This document shows positions 29,001-42,749 of a stretch of 64,000 nucleotides of DNA, one piece after another. Origin of the DNA: Kudoa neothunni. Lineage: Eukaryota > Animalia > Cnidaria. The stretch is from NCBI GenBank assembly GCA_964304625.1, contig OZ199840.1, positions 5,073,200-5,137,199 on the forward strand. Reading direction: 5' to 3'. The notes beneath the pieces are model-generated. The model saw only the letters and a program-made list of their open reading frames with translations, was not told where the DNA came from and ran no database searches. Position 1 is the stretch's first letter; each line of letters begins with the position of its first letter. Made by a program: the position numbers and the translations under genes.

Positions 29001-29232
29001 CTACTAATATACGCATTAAAATCCCTATCGTGATGAGAAATTATTTTAAATTCACCTCGTACACTTATCACCATTGGATTAATTTCTGTAGGATGGTTTC
29101 TCAGTGTCATACAGCTTGAGGGACCAACCCACCCATGTTCTTAAATTATTGGAAATAATCCAAGATATTCGTTATAAATTTTACGTAGATCATTCTTTTT
29201 AAGTAAACTTGAATCGTCAAAAGCCGATTCAA
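26086..29232 (+). repeat. Direct segmental duplication, copy 2 (partner 11592-14780)
   Basis: Colinear with copy 1 over its whole length; contains G5. Confidence 0.97.
27818..28716 (+). CDS. G5: divergent family member, C-terminal tail truncated by TAA
   Basis: Spliced: MMVYPNLQCWALI|FILCNVFCNTLPEEK|FELSPNARKVVENVVDYFETPDNDIHIR|IIASIYREHPDDLINALFSNEVAYRKFACPQLFMCHDNY|VDMMIPPEKCIPCL|AIQIETIKHKY|PQTLWATFASRTCRDMSWCTYEQTKWVFWPYN|DSATGVTNT*. TAA 28714-28716 aligns with CAA in G3; the frame stays open beyond it to 28827. Confidence 0.85.
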
Positions 29233-29449
29233 GTATGTTTGAGAAAAAATATTTTATTCTGTTAAAGTATCACCTGAAAAATCCATAAGGAATTGTTTCA
29301 ACATCAAAGATTTCATAGATCAAAATTACATAAATAAATTATTTAAATATAAGGCTATCCTGTACTTAACGAGATTGTGGTCGGAAAATTTGACCACACG
29401 TTCGAGAATGGGAAACACTGGGAGAAATCTTTATTTAGAAAATAATAAT

Positions 29450-29988
29450 TCCATCAATATGATGAGTTATGCATTTTTATAATAGGTACAATTTATGCTG
29501 CCAAATGTTTGCATAATCATAATCTGGTTTCATCAAAGAATAAAATTATTATGTGGGACTCTGATGCATCTCATTTGAAATAAAAGTTGTTAAGATCTGT
29601 TTTTTCCGATATCCTTATTGTTTAAAAGAACAATATTTACGAGTTGGCATAATTTATTAACATTCTAAACTTCCACTATGGAAACTATTTGTATTTTTTT
29701 TCCCGTAAATATGCACCTTATTAAGGTTATCTGCTTTGAAATAAAAAAACGTTGAAATTCATTTTTCAAAAACTATAAGTAATTGAGCTGAATTGTTGAG
29801 AAGTATTCTTACGCTGAAGATTACAGATGAACGTAGAAAGATTGGCGATAGAAATGTTGTTGTCTAGATCGATGTAACTGGGGTGGCAACGGGAAATTTA
29901 TTTAATTATTAGTTGAGTAGACGACTAAGATGGATATTTTTTTAAAATCACAAGAGAAGAGGCAATTCTGACACTGATAAAATTGTTC
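29450..29988 (+). mobile_element. Merlin (ISXO2/IS1595-like) transposase 5' remnant abutting the piggyBac at 29989
   Basis: ERRKIGDRNVVV*IDVTGVATG at ~29830-29895 resembles the KIGG...VVQIDET motif. Confidence 0.45.
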
Positions 29989-32786
29989 TTAACCCTTCCA
30001 GTACGGTGCAAAAAAAATCCTCCCGTTCCGATGGGGTACGGGACGTACCCCAGCAAAATAAGACCATGAAGTTACGCAAAATTTCCCTTAATGCATTATT
30101 ATAAGACAACCACTTTAAAGAATTTAATCATGATATTATTAATTTATTACTTGAATTTAATTAGATGTTATAAGGTTTTATAAAAATTATCATGCGATAC
30201 AAATATAACAAAATAGTATGACACGATGTTATAAAATTTAAACATAAGCAATAAATAGACCACTAAAATTAAAAAATAAGATGAAAGAAGCTGGTGCTCA
30301 CACTATCTATTGAGATACTGGCCTGCGGTGTTACCCTCCATTTATTTCATTTCGGGGTTTCTTGGAAATAACCGGTGTATCTTTCAAGTGCGCGGTGATT
30401 TTTTAACATTCTAGGTAATTATGATTTTAGTTTAATAAGTTATAAAATAATGAATGATAGTTAGATAAATATGATTCTATTTTATTTTTACAATATAAAT
30501 AATTGAATCATTTTAAAATCACATAGGAATGGTTTTGAATAAACATAAAGAATTTGAGTTTATTGAGTAACAACACGGAATAAATTTTATTCAAAACAAT
30601 CTGAAAAATATGCAACTTTTTTATTTGTTTTCTATGACTCCAGAAAAGAAATTTATTGCAGTTGTAGCAGCGAATATTTGATTTTTTATCTTCATTACGT
30701 GGACAGAAATAGCATCTATTTCTCGTAGATTGATTTTTAAGGCTTAACCATTCAATAAATGTATCATCATTATTAGTTTGATTTTGAAATAATTCGAAGC
30801 CGTACTTTAAGTTTGGTTGAATAGTTATTGGACATCATTTGACGTTTAAAAACGTTGGCTTCAGCCAATTCAATTGATAGTTGGCGCAAAAAATGTTGCC
30901 GCTTGCTCCTGTCTGTTTTCCCCATTCAGGATTTTTTTGTCCAGATTATATACGTATTCAACGCTGCGATGTCAATCGTATCCATGAAACTTTTAAGGGA
31001 CCACCAATGCGTAGGCTTGGAGCAGGAATACGAATAAATCTTCATATCCGCATTATCGACACCCCCTTTTGTAGCATTGTAATGTAGGATAATTTGAGAC
31101 CGTTTCCGTTCCTCATTTTCTAATGAAATATTGTTGTGTTCACTCGACAATAAATTCACAACGTAATTCTTTTTTGGGATGTAGGAAACTAGGGTAAGTA
31201 GCATTAAGTCCAAATAAGGTGGAACAAACTTCACGTTTTGGAGATCTCATAAATTCGTTCGGAATTTCAGGTTTGTTGAAACGAATTGTTCTTGTCAATG
31301 TTAGATTATTTCGTAAAAGTTTCTGTGTAAGCGGAATTGAAGTAAAGAAATTATCCGCGGTAACTCCTCTACAGGTTCCGAAAAAAAGGTTTGATTAGGT
31401 CTATGACAACACGTTCTCCTTAGTTAAATTGTTTTCTACCGTCTACTTTACTAGTGTATGGCTGGATGTTCAACAGGTAGCTAGTTTCAACATCAGCGGC
31501 GACCCAAATTTTTAGTCCGTAACGGCCTGGTTTTCTCTTCATGAAAACTTTGAAGGGACATCTTTGTTTGAAACGAATCAGGCGTTCATCTACTGTTATA
31601 TATGGACCTGGCGAGTAATATTTCAAGCAATTATTATTGAATAGCTGAAAAATTTCACGCAATGGCTCAAGTTTAACTTTCGATTTCTGGAAACGTTTAG
31701 ATCTGGTTGATTTACCATCGAATCTCATTGTTTGATAGATGAGAGTGAATCTGTCCCTTGATATGGTTGTAGATAAATAGAATTTTTTAAATAACGGGTT
31801 GGAATCCCATACATTCCTCAGAGCAAGCGAGCGACCGACCGGATGCAATTAAAACACCCATAAAAGATTTGAGTTCTTCAATAGTTATCCTTTCGTTGGT
31901 TTTGTCCATACGGTCATAGTACATACTTGTATATTCGGCGATAATGTCGACAATATCATTCGATATAAAGAGCTCAAAAGCTTCAACAATTTTTTAACAT
32001 TTGTTTCCTCATTAATAATTCCAGAAGGTGACAAAAAAAAGCTATGAAGTCGTGTCTTCAGTCTTCGTTTTTTTGGGAGGTTTCGTACACCATTCGAAAC
32101 CAGATCGAGAAGTAATCACAGATTTTGAATTTTCACTCATCGGTAAATATATCAAATCTTCCAATAACTCTTCTTCAACGCTATAACTACTATTTTGTTC
32201 ACAAAAATTTTCGTCGAAAGGGTCTTCTGATTCGGATACAACAAACTCAGAACAATCATCTTGACTGGAAGAAGAAACCTCAATTAATTTTTCGGCGGCG
32301 TCAAACATATTTCTAAAATCATTTTAAATAATAATTTACATAAGTACAAATAAATAAAAAATAATATACCTGAGTATCAATAAAAATTAAACTTAGTGAA
32401 ACAACCTGTACCTTCCCGAAAACTCTGAATGGATTAATTTGTCTTAATCTTCTATCGACATGTAAAAACCGTAACACTTCTTTATTATCATTAAAAGAAA
32501 AATAATTGATATTTTAGCCATAATTAATCATATATAACCAATTAAAAAATTATATAATTGATTTGGTGGTAAAATCGGATATATTATAAAGTGACATATA
32601 TTAAAATCTTCATTTTTACAATAATACTGCATCATATTTAATTTACTATTCATCCTTCTTAAGCATTAATACATTATACAAACACTAAAGTAATGTCGTG
32701 ACGTCCATGTTAATATGTCAAGAATTATAAGAAAAAGTATCATATTGGGGTATCCAATATACCGCACATCGAACAGGAAGGGTTAA
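29989..32786 (-). mobile_element. Full-length piggyBac element with frameshifted transposase
   Basis: Perfect TTAA both sides; TIR CCCTTCCAGTACGGTG vs CCCTTCCTGTTCGATG; GGGGTA...TACC subterminal palindromes. Fragments: acidic N-terminus (32042-32308), ITVDERLIRFKQRCPF...KPGRYGLKIW (31420-31848), VTADNFFTS (~31345-31365), YNATKGGVDNAD (30926-31234), Cys-rich tail (~30610-30720). Confidence 0.95.
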
Positions 32787-32902
32787 ACAAGAATTATGAA
32801 ATTTTTCATAATACTTTAACAAATTTATTTTGGTATTTAGAATAGGTTATTAATAGTAATTATCCAGAAAAATAATATTTATAATATTTAAAAGTAACAA
32901 AA

Positions 32903-33924
32903 TTAAGCTTCTGTAACATATTTGAGTGTTAATCTTTGGATCTTCAAAATATCCGACAGTGGATAATTCTGATGAGCGATCTGATTGGTGTCACTTATAT
33001 TTTCTTGATTTGTAACTAAAAATTAATATGTAAACATATAGAAATATGTTAAAACATTCCATTAATAATAATAATTATATTCATGATGTTCATTATAATG
33101 AATAAAAAATATTATAAATCATACATTTTATTTGTTCTATTTCAAAATGCAATTGTTTTATTTGATCTAATGAACAAAGTTTCACGAGGTAACATTGATA
33201 TTTTGCTTCCAATGGGCAAAATGGCCTATCCTAATAATCAAATATTATGATGTTTGATATAATCATCAAAATCGATTCGTATAATAATCGAATATATTTT
33301 TTTTCTAGATTAATTATCCATTTAGAAGATCAGTAGTACTCTGTGAAGTATCTCGACACAATTCAAGTAAAAAATGGTCTAAATCAATATATTTTAAAAT
33401 TTAATTAACATTTAAGTATTTACCACACATGGCACACAGGTATCCTTTTCAAAGAAAAATAAAACTAATGTATAAATTATTTTATATACGTTAAACATGT
33501 ATTTTAACAATTATATAATAAAATTACCTGTTTGATTATCGCATTCAGCGAAAAATTCACAAATTGTTTGAATAGCCGGAAACTTATTTATAAAAACTCC
33601 TAAATCTTTTTTTTCTTTATTGCATATAAGTGTCTAAAATGATTTAAAAAGAAGTATTGGCTTTGATTACTTTGTTAAAAGCTGGAAAATTTTTCATTGT
33701 CTCGACAATATTTATTGACCTTAATAACGAAAACTCACCTGCAGGGGATAATGTAATCTAGGATGATTTAAAAATTTTTAGAAGTAATTTTCGATGAATC
33801 TTTTGGATACATTATGGTCAAAGCAATCAATGGAACCTAAAATCACTACATATAAATTAATAAATTTGAGTTATATATCTTAATTAACTATAATCATACC
33901 GAATAACACAAATAAAATACTCAT
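32903..33924 (-). CDS. G6: putative secreted Cys-rich protein of the 8-exon family
   Basis: Spliced: MSILFVLF|VILGSIDCFDHN|ITLSPAGEFSLLRSINIVETMKNFPAFNK|TLICNKEKKDLGVFINKFPAIQTICEFFAECDNQT|VLFFFEKDTCVPCV|TIFYLNCVEILHR|DRPFCPLEAKYQCYLVKLCSLDQIKQLHFEIEQIK|FTNQENISDTNQIAHQNYPLSDILKIQRLTLKYVTEA*. Intact, all GT-AG. Confidence 0.92.
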
Positions 33925-36779
33925 GTTTCACTCAGTTCGCTTTACTTCTCAACTAATCCATTTATCACAAAGTGACATCGGTTTTAAAAGCAATAGAGTA
34001 TTATTAGATAATTCTAAAATATGATAAAATTATTAGATTATATTAATTTGATACAATAAATTATTATCAACTTTTCTAATCAGTAGAATTGATATTTATT
34101 TTGATGCGTTTATATCAATTTATCTAGATTACTAAATTATATATATTAAAATTGTATCTATTTAAAAGATAAATAATTTTTGCCATTTCTGTTAATTCTA
34201 TTTATGAATTAAATAAAAATATACAATAAAATCATTCATGTGATAAAAAAAATAGATTCGATTACTCGTTGCTTGAAACAATAATAAATTGAAACTAAAC
34301 TTCCATCGATAAGCAGAATCAATAATATTCATAACCCAATATTTTAATTTGTATAAAACATAAAGAAATAAATAATATCAAAAATATCGAAATTATTACA
34401 AAATTCAATATATGAGAAAATATATATTATTTTGGTTACTATTACTAATTAATAATTGGAAAATGAATATGGGTTCCTATCTAATCCTTTATCATTTATA
34501 TTTTTATCCATTAATTTTAATTTAATTTATATTTTAAATACTGTAATAATTCTGTTAAATTTTGATTATTTAAATTAATTTTATCTTATCTTATATTATC
34601 TTATCAATCAATGATTTATTTATAAAACAAATATATTTTTTATATTGATTGATAAAATTACTTAACTCTTTTGTCATTTATAAAATGATAAAATTATTTA
34701 AATGATTTTAAATTTTATTAAAGATATTTAAAGAAATTTATAAATTCAATAATTTATTTAGTTTTATTATTTTAACATTATTTTTCCAAACACTTATATG
34801 TGAAGTGCAAGTGGTCATGTGACCAAATTTCGTAATGATATAAACTTTCAAATTTAATATAAGGTATAATAAGATAATTACTATTATTATAAGATAAAAA
34901 AGTAATCTAACGATAATACAATGAGATATATTATATTTTAAAATATATTATAATCTTATACAATATAAATATTCACGATTAAAGTATAGATATAAACATT
35001 AATTTTTAATTGAAGAAATTATTCAATATTCTTCTGTATGTTAAAAACAGATACCTATAGATTTATTTAATTTTTTAGTCGAAGTAAAAACAAAATAGAT
35101 TATTTTTATAGAATTTCCGCATTTGTAGATCAAAATTTTATTGTTTTAATTCGTATGTTGATTGCAATTTAAGATTTAGAATATTTAATGCACTTTTTAA
35201 TATTTTGGCATAATTATTTTTATCAATGGTTATATTCAAAAATTATACATTGAAACATGTTATAGTTAGTAAGGTAGCAATTATGATAGAGAAACATTAT
35301 AGAATACATAGTATGGGACGTTACAATAGAAAAGTCTTCCAATATATGCCTAATATATAAATATTTGTTTAATTGCTCCTAAAGTTAAATTATTTTAATA
35401 AATCGATATATTTATAAAATTGTGATCATCGGTTGTACGATAAAATGTATTTTATAGTGTATTTTTTAAATAAGAAAATTCGACATATACGAATTAAACC
35501 TCTAACTATTAAATAGGGTTTGTTACTAACCGCTACGTTTTTGTATATATTTTTGTCCGATCCAATTATATTAAGTTCATCAATGACAAATTATAATTTT
35601 TTCAGTTAACTTAGCATTGCTTGTTACATCAGTCGTATAATTTTTGTGGCTTTCAACAGCTAAATAAAATATCTCTAAGTAAAATATCAAGTAGTATCTT
35701 TAAATCAAGGTTCCCCGATTGAGGTCGGAGAGACAGTGACTGGTAGTTCGATAGTAACAACATGAGTCAACGAGAAATTGTACGGCGAACACGCTTTGTA
35801 AGTAATCAATCTATTCTTAATTATCAGAAATTTCTAAGTTAATATATAATGTGCGATTCGTGCACAATTGAAGCTGAAATAAGTTTGACAAACAATTCGT
35901 CATTTGATGAATTATAAAACATCATAATTTTCGTTTTTATTTGTTAAGGCTTCAAGATGATTCTGGCTCCACATAGAATATATTGAAACCTCCTGTACGA
36001 ACTAATCGGTGTTCTAGTTATTTATGGAAAATTATGGATCTAAAAGAATATTAAAAAAACAGATTTTTAGTTATACATATAATTATATTGATAAAAATGG
36101 TGCCTTATCTTAACATTAATATATTATTATATATTTATAAAATAAACAAACATAACCTTAATCTCTCACTATTGAATCAAAATTTAATATTGAATATTAA
36201 TAAAAATTAAAATATTTAATTTTATATAGAAAATAAATGTTTTAAAATAGAATAAATTATAATGAATGTGTCTTTTAAATAAAATAAAAGATATGTAAGA
36301 ATTGAACATTCATTCCTATCAAGATTAATACTTAAAATCTTGTTGTTGAATTATTTTGAATTATTGTACTTAAATTTGGATCATTAATATTTATTTTGTG
36401 ATCTGAACCTTTACACTTGATATTAATTAACATGTTAGTTTTTCTCATTAAAGTTTTAAATTATAATTAAAAGCAAAATACTACAAAATAAGACTTAGCG
36501 CACATTCGCAAGTATTCGCATTGATATTTGGCGCGAAAATGTTATTTAATTTAATTCATTTATAAAATACGATTTAACATATACTTATCTGATAAATAGC
36601 TTCCTTCAATTTTATAATTCAAAATAAACAAGAAATAAATGATAACGGTGTTTTAATTATATGTTGTATTTAATTGATATACGTATTTTTTCATATTAAT
36701 CTTGAAAATATTATTTCCTTGTCCATGTGATTTTAACATAATTTTTTTCCAATAAAAAAATCTATTTTAAATCTATTTT

Positions 36780-38275
36780 TGTGAAGGGGTGCGGAAACTA
36801 AATGAACCGGGAAGCGTTGCTCTAAGAGTCTTGCTGATAGCTTTTTTAGAAATTGTTTTTAACGCTAAAATAATATTAACTAGGAGATTGAGGATAACTT
36901 ATCATGAATGGTTGAAACACAAATCATGTCGGCGCGTCCAATATGTTATAAAATACACTCATTGATCTGCGCCTAGTTGCTCTTTTTGTAAAATAGTATC
37001 GCTCAAACTGATCGATTGTGCCAGCACAATCTTTGGTCGCTTTCTAATACACAATATGTCAGGGTTTATTATTTTCCTTTCATGGCCACTAACAGAATCA
37101 ATTTCCCCGGATATACTTTGAAGACTTTAACGTCAGCTTTGTTATAATTTAACATTTCACTATAAATGTAAATATTGAACAGAGTTCAATAGTATTCAAA
37201 ATATTATCATTGTGGAAGTAAAAAAATAAATCCTTTGGAGGTGAATATTTTTTAGAGTTAATCGTGTTAAATCAGTTTATATCATATATTTCTTAATGAT
37301 TCGTTCGCCATTAAATTCAAGTTAACTTTGAATATTACTTTTCATTATCCTTCCCCACCTGAAATGGCATATTTGACAAATTCCCAATTCCGATATCTTT
37401 ATTAAAATAAGGGTCATCTTCCTCATCTCTAGTAGGTTCTTCAATAATTTTATCTATATCATCAAGATATTTGAATCCATTTATATTAGAAATTTTGATG
37501 AAATAAACAAAAAATTCGTTGTTATTCCTTGTTTGACCGATAACTTCATACGAACATCTCGTTTTATAGGAAGAAATGTTGTAGAATATTCCAAGAGAAT
37601 TAATAATAATAGATTTGTATCAGTAAGTTATTAGATTATATTATAAATATTTAGAAAATAGTTAAAAAACTGCGATAATTCATTCCATTCTAAGGTAACC
37701 TCACAATTCACGATAATTAGTGGTCTTTAGGTGCCTCAATTGAATACATGTTAAAATGATAATTTAGCTCAAATAAAAATAAACTATTTAAATTAAGTTT
37801 ACTTACAAATTGAATTTTTTTAATCGTCATTTTTATAGTATTTGTCAAGCAAAATATAAAATACCATTGAGACAGACTGAAGTGTTACCTTCTTAAACGC
37901 TAGGACATGTGCACTCCATTCAGAATTTGTGTCTATATCTCATTTTAAGAGGGTGAAAATTAATTTTTATCGTAAAAAAATTCTTTTGAATCAATTATGT
38001 AAAGTATCTATATTTCAAAATTTTTATTAGAATAGTATATTCATAAAACTCTTTGCTGAACATCGTGTCCACCTCCAGGTATGCATAGAACAGTTTTTAT
38101 ATCAACAAATTGTGTATCTTAGACTTTAAAATTTGCCGTAATTTAATATTTAAATTAAAATTTCAATCAAATATAATTCACGAATTATAAATTTCTATAA
38201 AATAAAATTTATACTATATTTAAAGAGAACCACCCTAATGACTTCTCTGTACAAACTCAAACGTCAGAGGGTTAA
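36780..38275 (-). mobile_element. Internally deleted piggyBac remnant
   Basis: End CAGAGGG-TTAA at 38275; acidic N-terminal fragment (IEEPTRDEEDDPYF, ~37410-37450); KATKDCAGTIDQFERYYFTKRATRRRSMSVFYNILD (~36935-37045). The other end was not found. Confidence 0.6.
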
Positions 38276-38576
38276 CATTTTGGGAATGTCGTCTAACTCC
38301 AAACATTCATTTTTTAAATTTCGGATTAATAATACCAATATCATCTATCAAAAATATTTAAAAGTATATAAATTTGTCATTTATTTTTATTTTTTATTAT
38401 CCAAACAATGGTTGATTAACGTATGAATTTCCAAAACTGAATTTTAACAATAAATGTACATTAAAAATCTTTTATTTGTTATTATTTAAAGTTGATTTAA
38501 CGTTAATATGTAATTTCAAAATTATAATTTTTCATACTTAATTGGTCCGAATAGATAAAAAATTATTAAATTTTAT

Positions 38577-39666
38577 TTAACTCTCCCAGGCCGGAGTGAG
38601 GTCCGGGTGGACCCAAATCCGACTAATTTGGACATAATTTTCAATAGAAAAATCAAAACCATCAAAAAATTTCATAATTCCTCTAAATAATTACAACATT
38701 TGGAATGAAGTAAAAACAATTCATTTTAAAAAATTAATATTGGCTAATTTTAATTATTGTTGTAACTTTAGAGACTAAAATATGTTTTGTTTATTAAGGA
38801 AAACTCACATATTCTGAGAAATTTTATTTTTCTCATATATTTATAGATTTAAATATATAGGATGTAATATAAAATTGAGTAAATGATGAAACTTCGCTTG
38901 TTACAGAATTTCCTCGCGGATTACCGAGTCTTAATCCCAAAAAAACTTATCTAATATCATATCCACTTTTCGTTACTATAAGCTTGCAGCTAGAAGGATA
39001 TAAGTAGTTCCTCCGTTAAACATTTAATTTTAACGATTTTCAAGGAGAATCAATAAATTACTTTAAATATTGTGGAGTTTTTATTTTTTTACTTAACTTT
39101 GTAATTATGAAAACCTACTTCTTAAATTATTAAATTTAAATATTAAATTTGTTAAACAGAGCAATAGTGTGAAATTAAAGATTATATAACAGAAATAATG
39201 ACAAATCTAATATCCCAATAATAAATTTGGTCTGAGTAAAGAACGTTTAAATCAAACATCAAGAGTTAATTTAAACTGACCCATTTCTATATGTCTTAAA
39301 AATTGTAATAAATTAAAAATTAGAGCCAAGACACCTTTATTCATTTTAACAGGTTTATTGATTATTTGTTGTTTCAGATTTTATACGATCATGCTGTCCG
39401 CACGGATTAATTTTACTTATAATGTCTTCTTTTGAAGTGGTTTTCATTATACAAATTACATTGTTTTAAGTTAAAATATATTTATTTTTAAATATCTGAT
39501 ATTTGCGCATTATTAGAATCCGTTTTGAAGCATGCTAATGTTCCCTAATCAATTTAATTACCTGTGGAAAACATCTAATAAATAGCTGAAAAATTGTTTG
39601 ATGCATGGCATTAAGAAATTAAAGACCATTGAGAGCGTTTTTTTCGCGCAGTACCGAAAGAGTTAA
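38577..39666. mobile_element. Possible non-autonomous piggyBac-type element(s)
   Basis: TTAA-CTCT start with GGTCCGGGTGGACCC motif; AGAG-TTAA candidate ends at 39269 and 39666. Only ~4 bp of TIR match beyond TTAA. Confidence 0.3.
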
Positions 39667-40094
39667 TTTATACAATTAATTTATTATTTTTTTTAAATAA
39701 TAAATATTATTAAAGTATTTAAACATATGAAATTTAATTCATAAATTTATATAATAAAATCTAATAATCAATTTTATATTGATTCGTAGTAATAACAATA
39801 AATTTTTGTTATAATGTTTATACATCAATAATTTAGCATATAAATAAAAATTTAATTTTCAATTTAAATTTAAATAATTAAAACAAATTTATGTAAAAAA
39901 AAAGAAAATTAATAACAAACAAATAAATAATCTTAGACCATCATATAAAAAATAATAATTATGTTAATAATTACGTATTATTTACTTAAAGTATTAAAAA
40001 TAATAGTAAATATTAATTTTGTTAGTTTTTTTATAATAATTACATATAAAATATCTAATTTCAAATGTTATTATAGTATTTATAATTTTTTCAA

Positions 40095-41016
40095 TTATAT
40101 AGAATATTTTAATTTAATAGTTATTATTTTTAGATTATGAGGATGACTTTTAAATTCACGGATAATTCTTGCAAATTGGTTGTTCTGCTCCTCTGAATTG
40201 GTAATCCTATCTAAAGGATAAACATGTTTAAAAATTTTTACATACAAAAATTAGAAATTATATAGCAAATAATTGATCATTATTAAATATCATAAATAAT
40301 TGCCGTTTATTATTTCCCTTGGGACACAAAACTTGTCTTTAATGCATTTATCCTTCGATGTCTTTATGCAATCATCATGAAGTAACTATTATCGTAAAAA
40401 CGGCAATTTTTTAGAAATATCCCAATTCTCATACAGGGTCGTCAATTTTTGAAATACAGCTTGAGTAGAAAGCATTCTGTAGTGCATTATATCAAGCGCA
40501 GTAATAACAGTTTATTACAATGCACGGCATACATGGGTGCGGTGTATTCAGTGTTTTAACTATTCAATAATAAACGATTAATTATTTATTTTTTTTATAA
40601 TTTTATTTTACTTAAATTATTAACGCACTTAGCATAGTATGAACATAGTTGAAGTTTTTCAGGGAAATCGTTGATGAACCTTCCTATCTCTTTTTTTCCT
40701 TTATCGATAATGTGATCCTTTAATTTGTTGTTAGAAAATTTTCTAGTAAATTATTTACCAAATTCTGTGGAGTAACATGATAAGCGATCTTTAAAATGTT
40801 GAGAGAATCTATTATTTGGTCTTGGACGTCCCTTGTATATATATACTTCGCAAATCATATTTAGTAATACTAGTAATGTTACCTCATTAGTAAGATTGTT
40901 TTTATGGAACCGGGAACAAGAGGTGTTGCAGCAAAAACCTTAACAAATGTTGATTGCATATATTGTATGATTTTACCTATGAACGGCAAAAATATTAATA
41001 GAATAACTATCATCAT
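40095..41016 (-). CDS. G7: putative secreted Cys-rich protein of the 8-exon family
   Basis: Spliced: MMIVILLIFLPFI|GFCCNTSCSRFHKNNLTNE|YIYTRDVQDQIIDSLNILKIAYHVTPQNL|DHIIDKGKKEIGRFINDFPEKLQLCSYYAKCVNNL|IKTLNTPHPCMPCI|NAFYSSCISKIDDP|LLHDDCIKTSKDKCIKDKFCVPREIIN|DRITNSEEQNNQFARIIREFKSHPHNLKIITIKLKYSI*. Intron 7 requires a GC donor. Confidence 0.9.
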
Positions 41017-42749
41017 GAATTAGGTATTATTAATATATGAATATTGTTTTGAGACTTATGAACTTCTCTTGATTACATAATTATTAATTAATCATTATTA
41101 GATAACAGGGGAAAAATAATTAAATTTTTAGCATAGTTAAAGTAAAGTTCCACATAAAAAAATTTTTTGAAAATTCAAAAAATCAATTATTATATATATT
41201 GTATTAATTATATAAGTTCATTAGTTAATAATAAATAATTAAATTATATATTAGATGACTTTTATCAACTATATTGTATGATAATAACAACAAATAAATA
41301 TCTGAATTCATTTAGTTTATCTAATTTAAGCGTTATCTTTCAAATCAAATATTTATTTTATCCGAAATTAAACATATTATATTAAAAAATATTTTTTTAC
41401 ATTCTCTCATAATATTTTAGAAATAAAATCAAGTACATAGGATTGACTTAACAATTATTAATGATATAGTTATCTAGGTTGGGTTATTTGATGATATTAT
41501 CAAACTAAATAGATTTAATAAAAATTATTTTCGTACTCTAATATATATATATATATCATACATAATGGGTTTATCATATCGTTTTGTTAAATATCAAATT
41601 TATAATTATCATTGATTCAATAATTATTGTGTTGGATACATATTATAACAATTTAATTAGAGATAATAATTTGATAAATTTAAAGAGTGAATATCGTGGA
41701 TTTTATACAATGAATATATTTATATTTTTATCAACTGTTAAAAATTAAGCAAATAATCTTAAAATATTAAGTGCTAGATAGATGAAATAACAAAAAATTG
41801 ACAAGAATTATTTTATTATATATAGCATGTGTTTAATTTCTCTATGATGACTAATATATAAACATTTACAATTTCAATTGAAATTAATAAGTCATTGAAA
41901 CAATGTGGAAACAGTCAATACGTAAATCAATAATGGACAAAAACGCATCATATAGTTGAAATTTATCATAATCTTTTCAAATTTATTATTATATATAAAA
42001 CCAATATTAAATATCATGTTATATTAATTCTTTATATAGTTTTGATGTGATTAAAGTATTAAAATAATTATTTAAAATATACAAAAATATATATTTATGT
42101 AAAAATAGGTAAATAAATTTATTAATATTTACAAAATATACTTATACGTTAATTTCTATAATATTTTAAAGACGTGTTTTTTAAATATTACGTTACCTGA
42201 AGAGAAAAATTATTTATTTATTTTCGCGGAAATAAATATAGGGTATTATTCTGGAAATTTAAGATTTTCTTTATTAATTTTATCACTTTCATAGTTTACA
42301 GTTATTAAATTCCAATTCGAAATTCCATCGATCGCATATTGAGCACATCTATGATTTAAAGATTCACGATTTTTAGTATAATTTTGGGACACGATTTATT
42401 TAGAAGAATTTTTTGCGAAAATATATAAACATTTCACATGCTTACACTAATCGAAATATTAATAATTGTTATATATATATCGAATCATTTTAGAATTATT
42501 TAGATTAATAATTTTTATAATTTGTGATCACATATGATTAATAATGAATTTTTTTCTACATATTATTAATTTTTTTTCTCGCCAAAAACTGAATTTAATT
42601 TAATTCCAAATATGTCATTATTTGAAATGTCGAGGCTTTCTTTCTGGATAATTTTTACTGCGATTGATGTCATCATCCAAATATGATCTATGAAGCTTTG
42701 CATAAGTATTTTGAAATATATCCACTATTAAACAATACTATAATTAAAT

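Noticed and set aside
32787-33000. Continuation of the Merlin remnant beyond the piggyBac insertion
   Set aside because: The coding-like sequence here is exon 8 of G6 on the minus strand.
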